DNA of 35,718 nt from Betaproteobacteria bacterium (GTDB taxonomy: Bacteria > Pseudomonadota > Gammaproteobacteria > Burkholderiales > SG8-41), in the NCBI GenBank assembly GCA_023266245.1, contig JAHFRO010000023.1, forward strand, positions 1 through 35,718, given 5' to 3'. Position 1 is the first letter of the stretch, and each line of letters starts with the position of its first letter. Positions 23,973 through 32,613 of this stretch are shown one piece after another. Below the pieces are notes generated by a model. It was not told the origin of the DNA. It was given only the letters and a program-made list of their open reading frames with translations, and did no database searches. A program made the position numbers and the translations under genes.

Positions 23973-25118
23973 TCAGGGGTTGGTGACGACGTCGTAGAGC
24001 GCCACCGGGCGCGAGGCCTGCATGATGAGGCCGTAGGCGGCGCGGTCGAAGGTGCGGAATACCATCACCAGCCCATAGCGCTCGTCCGGCAGCTTGGCGA
24101 TATCCGCTTCGCTGATTGGCTGCCCGCGAGTATAGACTGGCGCATCGCGCGGTGTGACCTGCTCGCTGTAGTACGGTCGCGGGGCGTCATTCCCGCTCAG
24201 CCCCTGGCGGCCGTAGAGAGGTGAGGTGCGCTGTTCGTAGCGCGCAGCGGTCTGGCTGCGGTAAATCGCCAGCACGTGCCCCACTTCGAGGCCGTCGCGG
24301 CTGCCCTTGGACAGGGCAACGATGCCGGCCGGGCCGGTCTCTCCCAGGTTGCCGTAGGCCGAAACGATGCGGCCGCGCACCGGCTTCTGCGGCGCGCGCG
24401 GCACGTAGGCGAAGATAGGCTGTTCCCTGGACGCGGGCAGCAGACGGTCGCCGACGTAGATTTCCTGCGTTGACCGGGTGATCTCGATGGTGCTCGGTTC
24501 GCCGTACTTGAGCACGCGCGCCTCGCCCAGGTAAACCGTTTCATAGCCCAGCGTTTCCTGGGTGTCGGGGTCGATCAGGGCGTCGGCGCGCCGGAAGATT
24601 TGCCACACCTCGCCCTTGTCCTTGGTCAGCCCTTCGACATAGGCAATGTTGCCGGCACCGATCGCCACGCGGTTTTCCTCGGTGGCGCGGATCACGGCCG
24701 CGCCGTCGAGTTCGGTCTGGCCGACCACCAGAGGCTTGGACAGGAACGGCTCGATCACCGATGGCTGGATGGTCGGAACCGCCTTCGCCGCGAGCGGCTC
24801 AACCCGCACTTTGGGCGAGAGCTTCACGGTATCGGTCTTCAGCAACCGCAGCCGTGCCTCCTGTGCCGAGCGGTCAAGCACGATGACGTCACCCGGGTAG
24901 ATGAGGTGGGGATTCTTGATCTGGTCCTGATTCATCTTCCACAGCTCAGGCCATTTCCAGGGGTCCTTCAGGAAGCGCCCGGAGATGGCCCACAGCGTGT
25001 CACCCCTGACCACGGTGTAGCGGTCCGGCGCGTCGTCCTTCAAAGCCTGGGCCTCGGCGGCAAACGCCGGCGCGAACGGAGTCAGCAGCAAAATCAGGGA
25101 TATAATTGCTTTACCCAT
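23973..25118 (-). CDS. Secreted LysM peptidoglycan-binding domain protein
   Basis: 381 aa. It has a signal peptide (MGKAIISLILLLTPFAPAFA) and a LysM motif (YTVVRGDTLWAISGRFLKDPWKWPELW...IYPGDVIVL). It is divergent from def, a common proteobacterial arrangement. Confidence 0.8.
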   Translation of the reverse strand: MGKAIISLILLLTPFAPAFAAEAQALKDDAPDRYTVVRGDTLWAISGRFLKDPWKWPELWKMNQDQIKNPHLIYPGDVIVLDRSAQEARLRLLKTDTVKLSPKVRVEPLAAKAVPTIQPSVIEPFLSKPLVVGQTELDGAAVIRATEENRVAIGAGNIAYVEGLTKDKGEVWQIFRRADALIDPDTQETLGYETVYLGEARVLKYGEPSTIEITRSTQEIYVGDRLLPASREQPIFAYVPRAPQKPVRGRIVSAYGNLGETGPAGIVALSKGSRDGLEVGHVLAIYRSQTAARYEQRTSPLYGRQGLSGNDAPRPYYSEQVTPRDAPVYTRGQPISEADIAKLPDERYGLVMVFRTFDRAAYGLIMQASRPVALYDVVTNP

Positions 25119-25226
25119 GGAACGCCCCCACTAAACAGACTAAGAGGCGCAGCCCCGACTACGGAACTGCGCCCGAGATATTGGTTTAAATTCTGCATCT
25201 AGCTGATTAAATTAGCAAGCTTTTTC

Positions 25227-25757
25227 ATGGCAATTTTGCACATTTTGCGTTATCCCGATTCGCGCCTTCATAAAGTAGCCGCTAAAGTGGACCGGGTCGA
25301 CGACAGGATTCGTAAGCTAATCAATAACATGGCTGAGACCATGTACGCCGCCCCTGGGGTTGGGCTGGCCGCTACACAAGTCGATGTCCACAAACGCGTG
25401 ATCGTCATCGACATCTCGGAAACGCGCGACGAGTTAAGGGTGTTTCTCAACCCCGAGCTCATAGCCGCGAGCGGCGAAGCCGACTGCGAGGAAGGCTGCC
25501 TGTCGGTGCCGGGGATCTACGAAAAAGTGCGGCGCGCCGAACGCATCACGGCGCGCGCGCTCGATGCCGAGGGCAAGCCCTTTACGCTGGAAGCCGAGGG
25601 GCTGCTTGCGGTGTGCATCCAGCACGAGATGGATCATCTCGAGGGCAAGGTGTTTGTCGAGTACCTCTCGAGGTTGAAGCAGCAGCGCATTCTCGCCAAG
25701 CTCAAGAAGCAAGGGCGGCGCGCGCCGCAACCCGAGGCCGGCCGGCCTGTGCTCTAA
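25227..25757 (+). CDS. def: Peptide deformylase
   Basis: 176 aa with the three catalytic motifs [16 protein letters not shown] and HEMDHLEG. Confidence 0.96.
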   Translation: MAILHILRYPDSRLHKVAAKVDRVDDRIRKLINNMAETMYAAPGVGLAATQVDVHKRVIVIDISETRDELRVFLNPELIAASGEADCEEGCLSVPGIYEKVRRAERITARALDAEGKPFTLEAEGLLAVCIQHEMDHLEGKVFVEYLSRLKQQRILAKLKKQGRRAPQPEAGRPVL

Positions 25758-25890
25758 TCACTGCCGGCCGCTTACGCGCGGCGGTTGCCTGTGCGGGCTA
25801 CCCACCCGCAGCGCGGTGCTACCGGCACTCGTCGACGCACCCCCTAAACCGTTTGTCGCCTGATATCGAGCGCCGCGGCGCCCTCCTCAG

Positions 25891-26817
25891 ATGAAAATCG
25901 TGTTCGCCGGCACTCCCGAGTTCGCCGCGGCATCGCTGCAGGCCCTGCGCGCCGCCGGGCACGACGTCACCCTGGTGCTGACGCAGCCCGACCGCCCTGC
26001 TGGCCGCGGGCTGAAGCCGCAGGCCTCCGCCGTGAAGCAGCTGGCGCAACAGCACGGGCTGCGGGTGTTGCAGCCGCCGACCCTCAAAAACGCGTCTATC
26101 CTCGCCGCAGTGACGGCGGCCGCGCCCGAGGCGATCGTAGTTGCCGCGTACGGACTGATGCTGCCAGCGGGGTTGCTCAAGCTGTCGCCGCGCGGCTGCC
26201 TCAACGTGCACGCCTCATTGCTGCCGCGCTGGCGCGGAGCGGCGCCGATACAGCGCGCGCTGCTCGCAGGCGATGCCGTGACCGGCATCACCATCATGCA
26301 GATGGACGAAGGCCTCGATACCGGGCCGATCCTGCTGCAGGAAGCGATCCCGATCGCGGCCGAGGACACCGCGGGCACGCTGCACGACCGGCTCGCCGTG
26401 CTCGGAGCGCAGCTGCTCGTCCGCGCGCTCGCCGCCCCGCCCGCGCCGCGCCCGCAGGACGAGCGCGGCGCCACTTACGCCGCGCGCATCGGCAAGCGCG
26501 AAGCCGAGATCGACTGGTGCCGGCCGGCGGCAGAGATCGAGCGCCAGGTGCGCGCATTCGATCCCGTCCCCGGCGCGCAAACACGGCTTGACGGCGTGGA
26601 GTTCAAGGTCTGGCGCGCGCGCATCGAGCGCGGCGTCACCGCCGCGCCGGGCACGGTGTGTGCGGCCGAGCCGGCGGGCATCGTGGTGGCATGCGGCGCG
26701 GATGCATTGCGCATCACCGAGCTGCAGCGCGCAGGGGGCAGGCGGCTCGCGGCGCAGGCCTTCCTCTCCGGCTTCAAGCTCGCACGCGGCACGCGCCTTG
26801 GGACAGGCGATGGTTGA
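25891..26817 (+). CDS. fmt: Methionyl-tRNA formyltransferase
   Basis: 308 aa with MKIVFAGTPEFAA, NVHASLLPRWRGAAPIQ and the position after def. Confidence 0.95.
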   Translation: MKIVFAGTPEFAAASLQALRAAGHDVTLVLTQPDRPAGRGLKPQASAVKQLAQQHGLRVLQPPTLKNASILAAVTAAAPEAIVVAAYGLMLPAGLLKLSPRGCLNVHASLLPRWRGAAPIQRALLAGDAVTGITIMQMDEGLDTGPILLQEAIPIAAEDTAGTLHDRLAVLGAQLLVRALAAPPAPRPQDERGATYAARIGKREAEIDWCRPAAEIERQVRAFDPVPGAQTRLDGVEFKVWRARIERGVTAAPGTVCAAEPAGIVVACGADALRITELQRAGGRRLAAQAFLSGFKLARGTRLGTGDG

Positions 26818-28093
26818 GATCCAGCGACTCGCGAGCGCGGTGGTCGGGCGCGTGCTCGCCGGACGCAGCCTCGATGCCGAACTCGGGGCGGTGTGGCGCC
26901 GCCATGTGCAGCTCGCCGGGCGCGAACGCGCTGCGATCCAGGACCTCGCTTACGGCACGCTGCGCTTCCTGGGGCGGTTCGAAGCGCTGCTCGAGGCGCT
27001 GCTCGACAAGCCGCTGCAGGATGCGCGGCTGCGCGCGCTGCTGCTCGTTGCTTTGTACCAGCTCGAGCACACACGCGCCGCGCCGCATGCGATCGTGGAT
27101 AACGCGGTGCGTACCTGCGAAACCCTCGGTCTGGCGGCGGCGAAAGGGCTCGCTAACGCGGTGCTGCGCAACTTCCTGCGCAACCGCGCCGCGCTCGCCG
27201 CCCGCGCGCAGCGCTCGGAGACCGCGCGCTATTCCCATCCGCAGTGGTGGATCGACAAGCTGCGCGCGCAGTATCCATCGCATTACGCGGTGGTTCTGGA
27301 AGCCGACAATCTGCATCCCCCGCTCGCACTGCGGGTCAACCGTCGCCGCGTCACCACCGCGGGCTATCTCGCGCTGCTGGCGCAGCACGGCATCGCGGGC
27401 GAGGCGTACGGGGAAACCGCCGTAGTGCTCGGCTCGCCGCTGCCGGCCGAACGCATACCGGGACTGGCCGACGGCCTGGTGTCGGTGCAGGACGCCGCGG
27501 CGCAGCTCGCGGCGCCGTTGCTCGATCTGAGCGACGGCATGCGCGTGCTGGATGCGTGCGCAGCGCCGGGCGGCAAGACCGCCCATGTGCTGGAGCTGGC
27601 CGATGTGGACCTTACCGCGCTCGACAGCGACGCGGAGCGGCTGGAGCGGGTGCGCGCCAACCTCATGCGCCTGGGACTTTCGGCGCGCGTTGTTTACGGC
27701 GATGCATGCGCCCCGGCAGACTGGTGGGATAGCAAACCCTTCGAGCGCATACTTGCCGACGCGCCGTGCAGCGCCTCGGGCGTGGCGCGGCGGCATCCCG
27801 ACATCAAGTGGCTGCGGCGCGCAGCCGACGTCGCGCAGTTCGCTCAGCTGCAGAGCCGCATGCTGGATGCATTGTGGCAGTTGCTCGCCAGAGGTGGTAA
27901 ATTGCTGTACGCAACCTGCTCGGTATTTCACGAGGAAAATCACCAGCAGGCCGCGCAGTTTGTGGAGCGCCACCGGGACGCGACGCGCCTCACCCTCCCC
28001 GCGGTCGATAACGATCCACAACTCCCCGCGGGTCAACTGCTTCCGGATCAACGGCATGACGGCTTCTTCTATGCGCTGCTGCAGAAGGCATAG
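26810..28093 (+). CDS. rsmB: 16S rRNA (cytosine967-C5)-methyltransferase RsmB (Sun)
   Basis: ORF 26588..28093 trimmed to the ATG at 26810 (MVEIQRLASAVV...), which overlaps the fmt stop by 8 nt. It has a NusB-like N-terminal domain and the catalytic motifs DAPCSASGVARRHPD and YATCS. Confidence 0.9.
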   Translation: MVEIQRLASAVVGRVLAGRSLDAELGAVWRRHVQLAGRERAAIQDLAYGTLRFLGRFEALLEALLDKPLQDARLRALLLVALYQLEHTRAAPHAIVDNAVRTCETLGLAAAKGLANAVLRNFLRNRAALAARAQRSETARYSHPQWWIDKLRAQYPSHYAVVLEADNLHPPLALRVNRRRVTTAGYLALLAQHGIAGEAYGETAVVLGSPLPAERIPGLADGLVSVQDAAAQLAAPLLDLSDGMRVLDACAAPGGKTAHVLELADVDLTALDSDAERLERVRANLMRLGLSARVVYGDACAPADWWDSKPFERILADAPCSASGVARRHPDIKWLRRAADVAQFAQLQSRMLDALWQLLARGGKLLYATCSVFHEENHQQAAQFVERHRDATRLTLPAVDNDPQLPAGQLLPDQRHDGFFYALLQKA

Positions 28094-28637
28094 CTGGCTT
28101 TCTGCGCTGGCGGCGCTGTGGCTGCTTGTCGCCGCGCCGCTCCCGGCTCATGCCGACGGCATCGAGGTGAGGAAGGCCGCGCTGACCGCAGCCGAAGACG
28201 GCTATTTCCTCGAGGCCGGGTTCGACATCACTCTTACCCATACCCTGGAAGACGCGCTCAGCAAAGGCGTACCGCTGTATTTTCTGCTCGAGTTCGAGCT
28301 GGTGCGCCCGCGCTGGTACTGGTTCAACGAGAAAGTCGCCAATACCCAGCAGCAGTATCGCCTGTCCTACAACGCGCTCACCCGCCATTACCGCGTCGGC
28401 GTCGGCACGCTCTACCAGAATTTCGACACACTCGCCGAGGCGCTGGAGTTCCTGAGCCGGGTGCGGTTGAGCGAGATCGCCGAGCCGGGCGCGCTGAAGA
28501 AGGACGCCAGTTACTCGGCGGCGGTGCGCCTGCGCCTCGACGTTTCGCAGTTGCCGCGGCCGTTCCAGATCAGCGCCGTCGGCTCGCGGGAGTGGAGCAT
28601 CAGTTCCGACTGGTACCGCTGGACGGTGTCGCCATGA
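28071..28637 (+). CDS. DUF4390-family periplasmic protein (conserved partner of ntrYX)
   Basis: Trimmed from ORF 27552..28637. It has a signal peptide (MRCCRRHSWLSALAALWLLVAAPLPAHA). An alternative ATG is at 28056. It overlaps the rsmB end, and its TGA overlaps the ntrY ATG (ATGA). Confidence 0.7.
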   Translation: MRCCRRHSWLSALAALWLLVAAPLPAHADGIEVRKAALTAAEDGYFLEAGFDITLTHTLEDALSKGVPLYFLLEFELVRPRWYWFNEKVANTQQQYRLSYNALTRHYRVGVGTLYQNFDTLAEALEFLSRVRLSEIAEPGALKKDASYSAAVRLRLDVSQLPRPFQISAVGSREWSISSDWYRWTVSP

Positions 28638-30844
28638 GCCCGGACCTGCCGCAGGTCAGGCCGGCGCTGTCGCGCGCCGTGGTGCGCTACGTGCTCATCC
28701 TGTGCGTGGGGCTGGGCGCGATCGCCCTGTTCCTGCTCGCCACCGCGAGCGCCAACCCGGCGTCGTTAGCGGAGCGGTATCCGCTGCTGCTGGTACTGAA
28801 CGGCGCGGTGGCATTCATGCTCACTGCGCTCGTCGTCTATCAGCTCGTCACGCTCCGGCGCAAGCTCAAGGGCGGCGTGTTCGGCTCCAAGCTCACGCTG
28901 CGGCTGGTGTTGCTGTTCGCGTTGATGGCGGTGCTGCCGGGCGCGCTGATCTACGGCATGTCGGTGCAGTTCCTGGCGCGCTCGATCGAGTCCTGGTTCG
29001 AGGTGCGCGTGGACAAGGCGCTCGAGGGGGGGCTCAGCCTCGGCCGCGGCATGCTCGACAACATGCTCAAGGACCTGACGGAGAAAGCGGATGCCATGGC
29101 GCTTACGCTCTCGACGCGGCCGCCAGCGGAGCATCAGGCGGCGCTCAACGCGTTGCGTGAGCAGGCCGGGGTGCAGGAGGCAACGCTGTTCAGCGAGCGC
29201 GGGCGGATGCTCGCCTTCTCCGGCAACGAGCGCGTGGGACTGATGCCGGAGTTGCCGGGCGGCCCGGCGTTGCGGCAGCTACGGACGCAACGAAGCTACA
29301 GCGCGATCGAGGCGATCCCCGACAAGGGCCTCTACCTGCGCGTGCTGGTGCCGGTATCCGTGGTGAGCCTCGCCGACGAGCCGCGCGTGCTGCAGCTGCT
29401 GCAGCCGGTGCCGAAGCAGCTCGCGCAGGACGCCGAAGCGGTGCAGTCCGGCTACCGGGAATACCAGGAGCTCACCCTGTCGCGGCGCGGGCTGAAGCGA
29501 CTTTACGGCGTCACGCTGACGCTCACCCTGCTGCTCGCGCTGCTGTCCGCGCTCGCGCTCGCGTTCGTGCTTTCCGATCGCCTGTCGGCGCCGCTCGGCG
29601 TGCTGGTGGAAGGCACGCGCGCGGTGGCGAGCGGCGACTTCAGCCGGCGCGCGGCGGTCGCCTCCAGCGACGAGCTCGGCGTGCTCACCGAATCGTTCAA
29701 CAGCATGACGTTGCAGCTTGCCGAAGCGCGCGCCCAGGCCGAGCGCCACCAGGCGGCGCAGGCGCAGGCCAGGGCCTACCTCGAGAGCATACTGGCCAAC
29801 CTGTCCGCCGGCGTGCTCGCGTTCGACGAGGAGCTCAACCTGCGCGCGGCGAACCCCAGCGCCGGCGGCATACTCGGCGTGGATTTCGCTCCGCTCATCG
29901 GAGCCGCGCCGGCGCGCTGGGCGGAGCGCGAGCCCGGAATGAGCGAGCTCGCGCGGGAAATCGTCGCCGCGTTTGAGCGCGCCGACAGGAGTGAATGGGA
30001 GCAGCAGGTCGAACGCCCGCTGCGCGGGGGCACCCAGCTGCTGCTGCTGCGCGGCACACGCCTGCCGCAAGGCGCGGAGGGCGGTTGTGTCGTCGTATTC
30101 GACGACATTACGCACCTTGCCGAAGCGCAGCGTGCGGCGGCGTGGGCCGAGGTGGCGCGGCGGCTCGCGCACGAGATCCGCAACCCGCTTACGCCGATCC
30201 AGCTCTCCGCCGAACGGCTGCAGCTCAAGCTCACCGGCAAGCTCGCCGACGCGGAAGCCGAGATGCTGGCGCGCGCGACGCAGACCATCGTCAACCAGGT
30301 CGCCGCGCTCAAGGGCATGGTGGACGCTTTCAGCCAGTACGGACGCACGCCCGAGCCCTCCATGCGCGAGCTCGATCTCAACACGCTGACGCGTGAAGTG
30401 CTGACGCTCTATGAATCTTCGCTCGGACCGAGCGTGCGGTTCGAACTCTCGTCCGAATTGCCCCCAGTGGTGGGCGACGCGGCGCAGCTGCGGCAGGTGA
30501 TCCATAATCTGCTGCAAAACGCGCAGGACGCGCTGGCCGACACCCTGGAACCGCGCATCACCATCGCGAGCAGCGTGGCGGACGGCATGGTGCAGCTCAC
30601 GGTGACGGACAATGGCTGCGGTTTCCCCGAGCACCTGATGCAGCGCGCGTTCGAGCCGTATGTCACCACCAAGCCGGGAGGCACCGGGCTCGGGCTGGTG
30701 ATCGTCAAAAAGATCGTCGAGGAACACGGCGGCACGGCGGCGATCGCCAACGTCGCGCCGCGCGGCGCGCGCGTCACGCTGCGGCTGCCGGCGGCAGTGG
30801 CGCAGGGTGTGTCGCGCCAGTCGGCAGCGCAGGCCAAGGTGTAA
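28634..30844 (+). CDS. ntrY: NtrY-type sensor histidine kinase (TM-HAMP-PAS-HisKA-HATPase)
   Basis: ORF 28118..30844 trimmed to the ATG at 28634 (MSPDLPQVRPALS...), giving 736 aa. It has N-terminal TM helices, the H-box LAHEIRNPLTPIQLSAERL, the N-box IHNLLQNAQDA and the G-box GTGLGLVIVKKIVEEHGG. Confidence 0.8.
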   Translation: MSPDLPQVRPALSRAVVRYVLILCVGLGAIALFLLATASANPASLAERYPLLLVLNGAVAFMLTALVVYQLVTLRRKLKGGVFGSKLTLRLVLLFALMAVLPGALIYGMSVQFLARSIESWFEVRVDKALEGGLSLGRGMLDNMLKDLTEKADAMALTLSTRPPAEHQAALNALREQAGVQEATLFSERGRMLAFSGNERVGLMPELPGGPALRQLRTQRSYSAIEAIPDKGLYLRVLVPVSVVSLADEPRVLQLLQPVPKQLAQDAEAVQSGYREYQELTLSRRGLKRLYGVTLTLTLLLALLSALALAFVLSDRLSAPLGVLVEGTRAVASGDFSRRAAVASSDELGVLTESFNSMTLQLAEARAQAERHQAAQAQARAYLESILANLSAGVLAFDEELNLRAANPSAGGILGVDFAPLIGAAPARWAEREPGMSELAREIVAAFERADRSEWEQQVERPLRGGTQLLLLRGTRLPQGAEGGCVVVFDDITHLAEAQRAAAWAEVARRLAHEIRNPLTPIQLSAERLQLKLTGKLADAEAEMLARATQTIVNQVAALKGMVDAFSQYGRTPEPSMRELDLNTLTREVLTLYESSLGPSVRFELSSELPPVVGDAAQLRQVIHNLLQNAQDALADTLEPRITIASSVADGMVQLTVTDNGCGFPEHLMQRAFEPYVTTKPGGTGLGLVIVKKIVEEHGGTAAIANVAPRGARVTLRLPAAVAQGVSRQSAAQAKV

Positions 30845-30848
30845 ACTA

Positions 30849-31260
30849 GGAGCCCCCAACACAATGAAACACACGCTGCGCTGTCACGGTTTTGGCTGGA
30901 GAAGAGATCGAGCACCCTCCCAAGCCCGGACTTGGCAAGACACGAGCGCCAAGGCTACGTGCCAAAACCGCGCCAGCCCTCAGGGGGTTGCGGCCAAAAT
31001 CGCCGACGCGCCGGAACGTGGAGCAGGGGCCCGCTTGCGGGATGCGACCGTGAAGGCGCGTGTGAGGAACGCGCATCCGGCGCTCTCCTGTCCCGCTCCG
31101 GGGTCGCATCCAAGCATGGAACGCTTGGAACCTGCTCCGCCCTGCGCGGGACGCTTTGTCGCTCGGCTTGCCAATATAGCGAATATTGACTGCACCTCTC
31201 TTCGCGCCATCGGCGATTTTTGCTCGCAACGCACATGCATTTCATTGTGTTAGGGGCTCC
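30849..31260. mobile_element. MITE-like, non-coding 412-bp element bounded by 21-nt terminal inverted repeats
   Basis: The left IR is GGAGCCCCCAACACAATGAAA (30849-30869). The right IR is TTTCATTGTGTTAGGGGCTCC (31240-31260). They are 20/21 complementary. Inner inverted patches occur at 30901-30907/31197-31203 and 30932-30948/31160-31174. The element fills the otherwise unexpected ntrY-ntrX gap. Confidence 0.5.
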
Positions 31261-31275
31261 AACGGGCTTCACCTT

Positions 31276-32532
31276 ATGCAGCAGATCCTGGTCGTAGACG
31301 ACGAAATCGGCATCCGCGAACTGCTGTCCGAGATCCTGAGGGACGAAGGCTATCACGTGCGGCTCGCGGAAAACGCGGGCGAAGCGCGCGCGTTCCGCAG
31401 CCAGACGCGCCCCGATCTGGTGCTGCTCGACATCTGGATGCCCGACACCGACGGCATCACGCTGCTCAAGGAATGGGCAAGCGCGGGGCTGCTCACCATG
31501 CCGGTGGTGATGATGTCGGGGCACGGCACGATCGACACCGCGGTCGAGGCCACCCGCATCGGCGCTTACGATTTCCTCGAGAAACCCATAGCGCTGCAGA
31601 AGCTGCTCGCCACCGTGGGCCGCGCGCTCAAGCACGGCGGCGAGCAGGCGCAACCGGCGCTCTCGCTCGCAAGTCTGGGGCGCGCGCCGCTCATCGTCGA
31701 GCTCAAGCAGCGCCTGGAACGTGTCGCCGGCCTGCGCACGACGCTGCTGCTCGCCGGCGAACCGGGCTGCGGCATCGGGCTCGCGGCGCGGTTCATGCAT
31801 CAGCGCAATACGCCGTGGGTTGCGCCCGACAGCAACGGGACGCTCGCCGAGACGCCGCTCGAACTGCTCAACCAGGCGCGCGAGGGTACGCTGTTCCTGC
31901 ACGAGGTGGCGGATCTTTCCAAGGTGGAGCAGAAGGGCCTGTTGCTGCTCGCCTCCAAGCTCGAGCGCTACAACGTGCGGCTCATCTGCGGTGCCTCGCG
32001 CGACCTCGCGGAGCTGGTGGCGCACGGCGCATTCGACAGCCGCCTCTACGGAGCGCTGGCGGCGACCACCATCCGGCTGCCGAGCCTGCGCGAGCACCGC
32101 GAGGACGTGCCGGATCTCGCCAACCTGATGCTGACACGGATGGTGGAGGCCAAGGAGGCCGCGCCGCGCCAATTCACTACCGCCGCGCTCAATGCGCTGC
32201 GGAACTACGACTGGCCGGGAAATCTCGCCCAGCTCGAGACCGCGGTGCGCACGCTCGCGCTCACCGCGCTCTCCGACCAGATTTCGCTCGAAGAGGTCAA
32301 CCGCGCCCTGCCGCAGCCCGCTTCGATGCCGCTCGTTGCGCACGACCTGCCCTTCGACCTGCCGCTGCGAGACGCGCGCGATGCCTTCGAGCGCGTCTAT
32401 TTCGAGTATCACATCGCGCGCGAGGGCGGCAACATCAGCCGGGTGGCGGAGAGCGTCGGGCTGGAGCGCACCCATCTCTATCGCAAGCTCAAGCAGCTCG
32501 GCATCAGGCTCGCCCGCAAGAACGACGAGTAG
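31276..32532 (+). CDS. ntrX: NtrX-type response regulator (REC, degenerate AAA+, Fis-type HTH)
   Basis: ORF 31186..32532 trimmed to the ATG at 31276 (MQQILVVDDEIGIRELL), giving 418 aa. It has the REC motif LVLLDIWMPDTDG, the central-domain remnant WPGNLAQLE, and the C-terminal HTH NISRVAESVGLERTHLYRKLKQLGI. Confidence 0.8.
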   Translation: MQQILVVDDEIGIRELLSEILRDEGYHVRLAENAGEARAFRSQTRPDLVLLDIWMPDTDGITLLKEWASAGLLTMPVVMMSGHGTIDTAVEATRIGAYDFLEKPIALQKLLATVGRALKHGGEQAQPALSLASLGRAPLIVELKQRLERVAGLRTTLLLAGEPGCGIGLAARFMHQRNTPWVAPDSNGTLAETPLELLNQAREGTLFLHEVADLSKVEQKGLLLLASKLERYNVRLICGASRDLAELVAHGAFDSRLYGALAATTIRLPSLREHREDVPDLANLMLTRMVEAKEAAPRQFTTAALNALRNYDWPGNLAQLETAVRTLALTALSDQISLEEVNRALPQPASMPLVAHDLPFDLPLRDARDAFERVYFEYHIAREGGNISRVAESVGLERTHLYRKLKQLGIRLARKNDE

Positions 32533-32613
32533 GCATGCGTTCGCGGCACAGCGGCCACCGCGCCAGTTTATAATTGGCGCACTTTCCGTTCCGCCCCTCG
32601 CAAGGAAGACTTG

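Noticed and set aside
30864-31253. A 129-aa ORF running from inside the left IR to inside the right IR, considered as a small transposase (for example IS200-like TnpA). The 127-aa minus-strand ORF 30846..31229 was considered too.
   Set aside because: GC3 is about 62% by hand count against much higher values in neighbouring genes. Rare codons are present (AGA AGA, CGA, ATA). There is no HUH, DDE or other catalytic motif. IS200-type elements lack terminal IRs. Both strands being open is typical of GC-rich non-coding DNA.
32560-32580. The hairpin GCGCCA-N9-TGGCGC with an embedded TATAAT (32569-32574) in the ntrX-tkt spacer, considered as a terminator or as the tkt promoter.
   Set aside because: There is no convincing -35 at 17 bp and no U-tract after the stem. 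Either role is possible, but neither can be supported from sequence alone.
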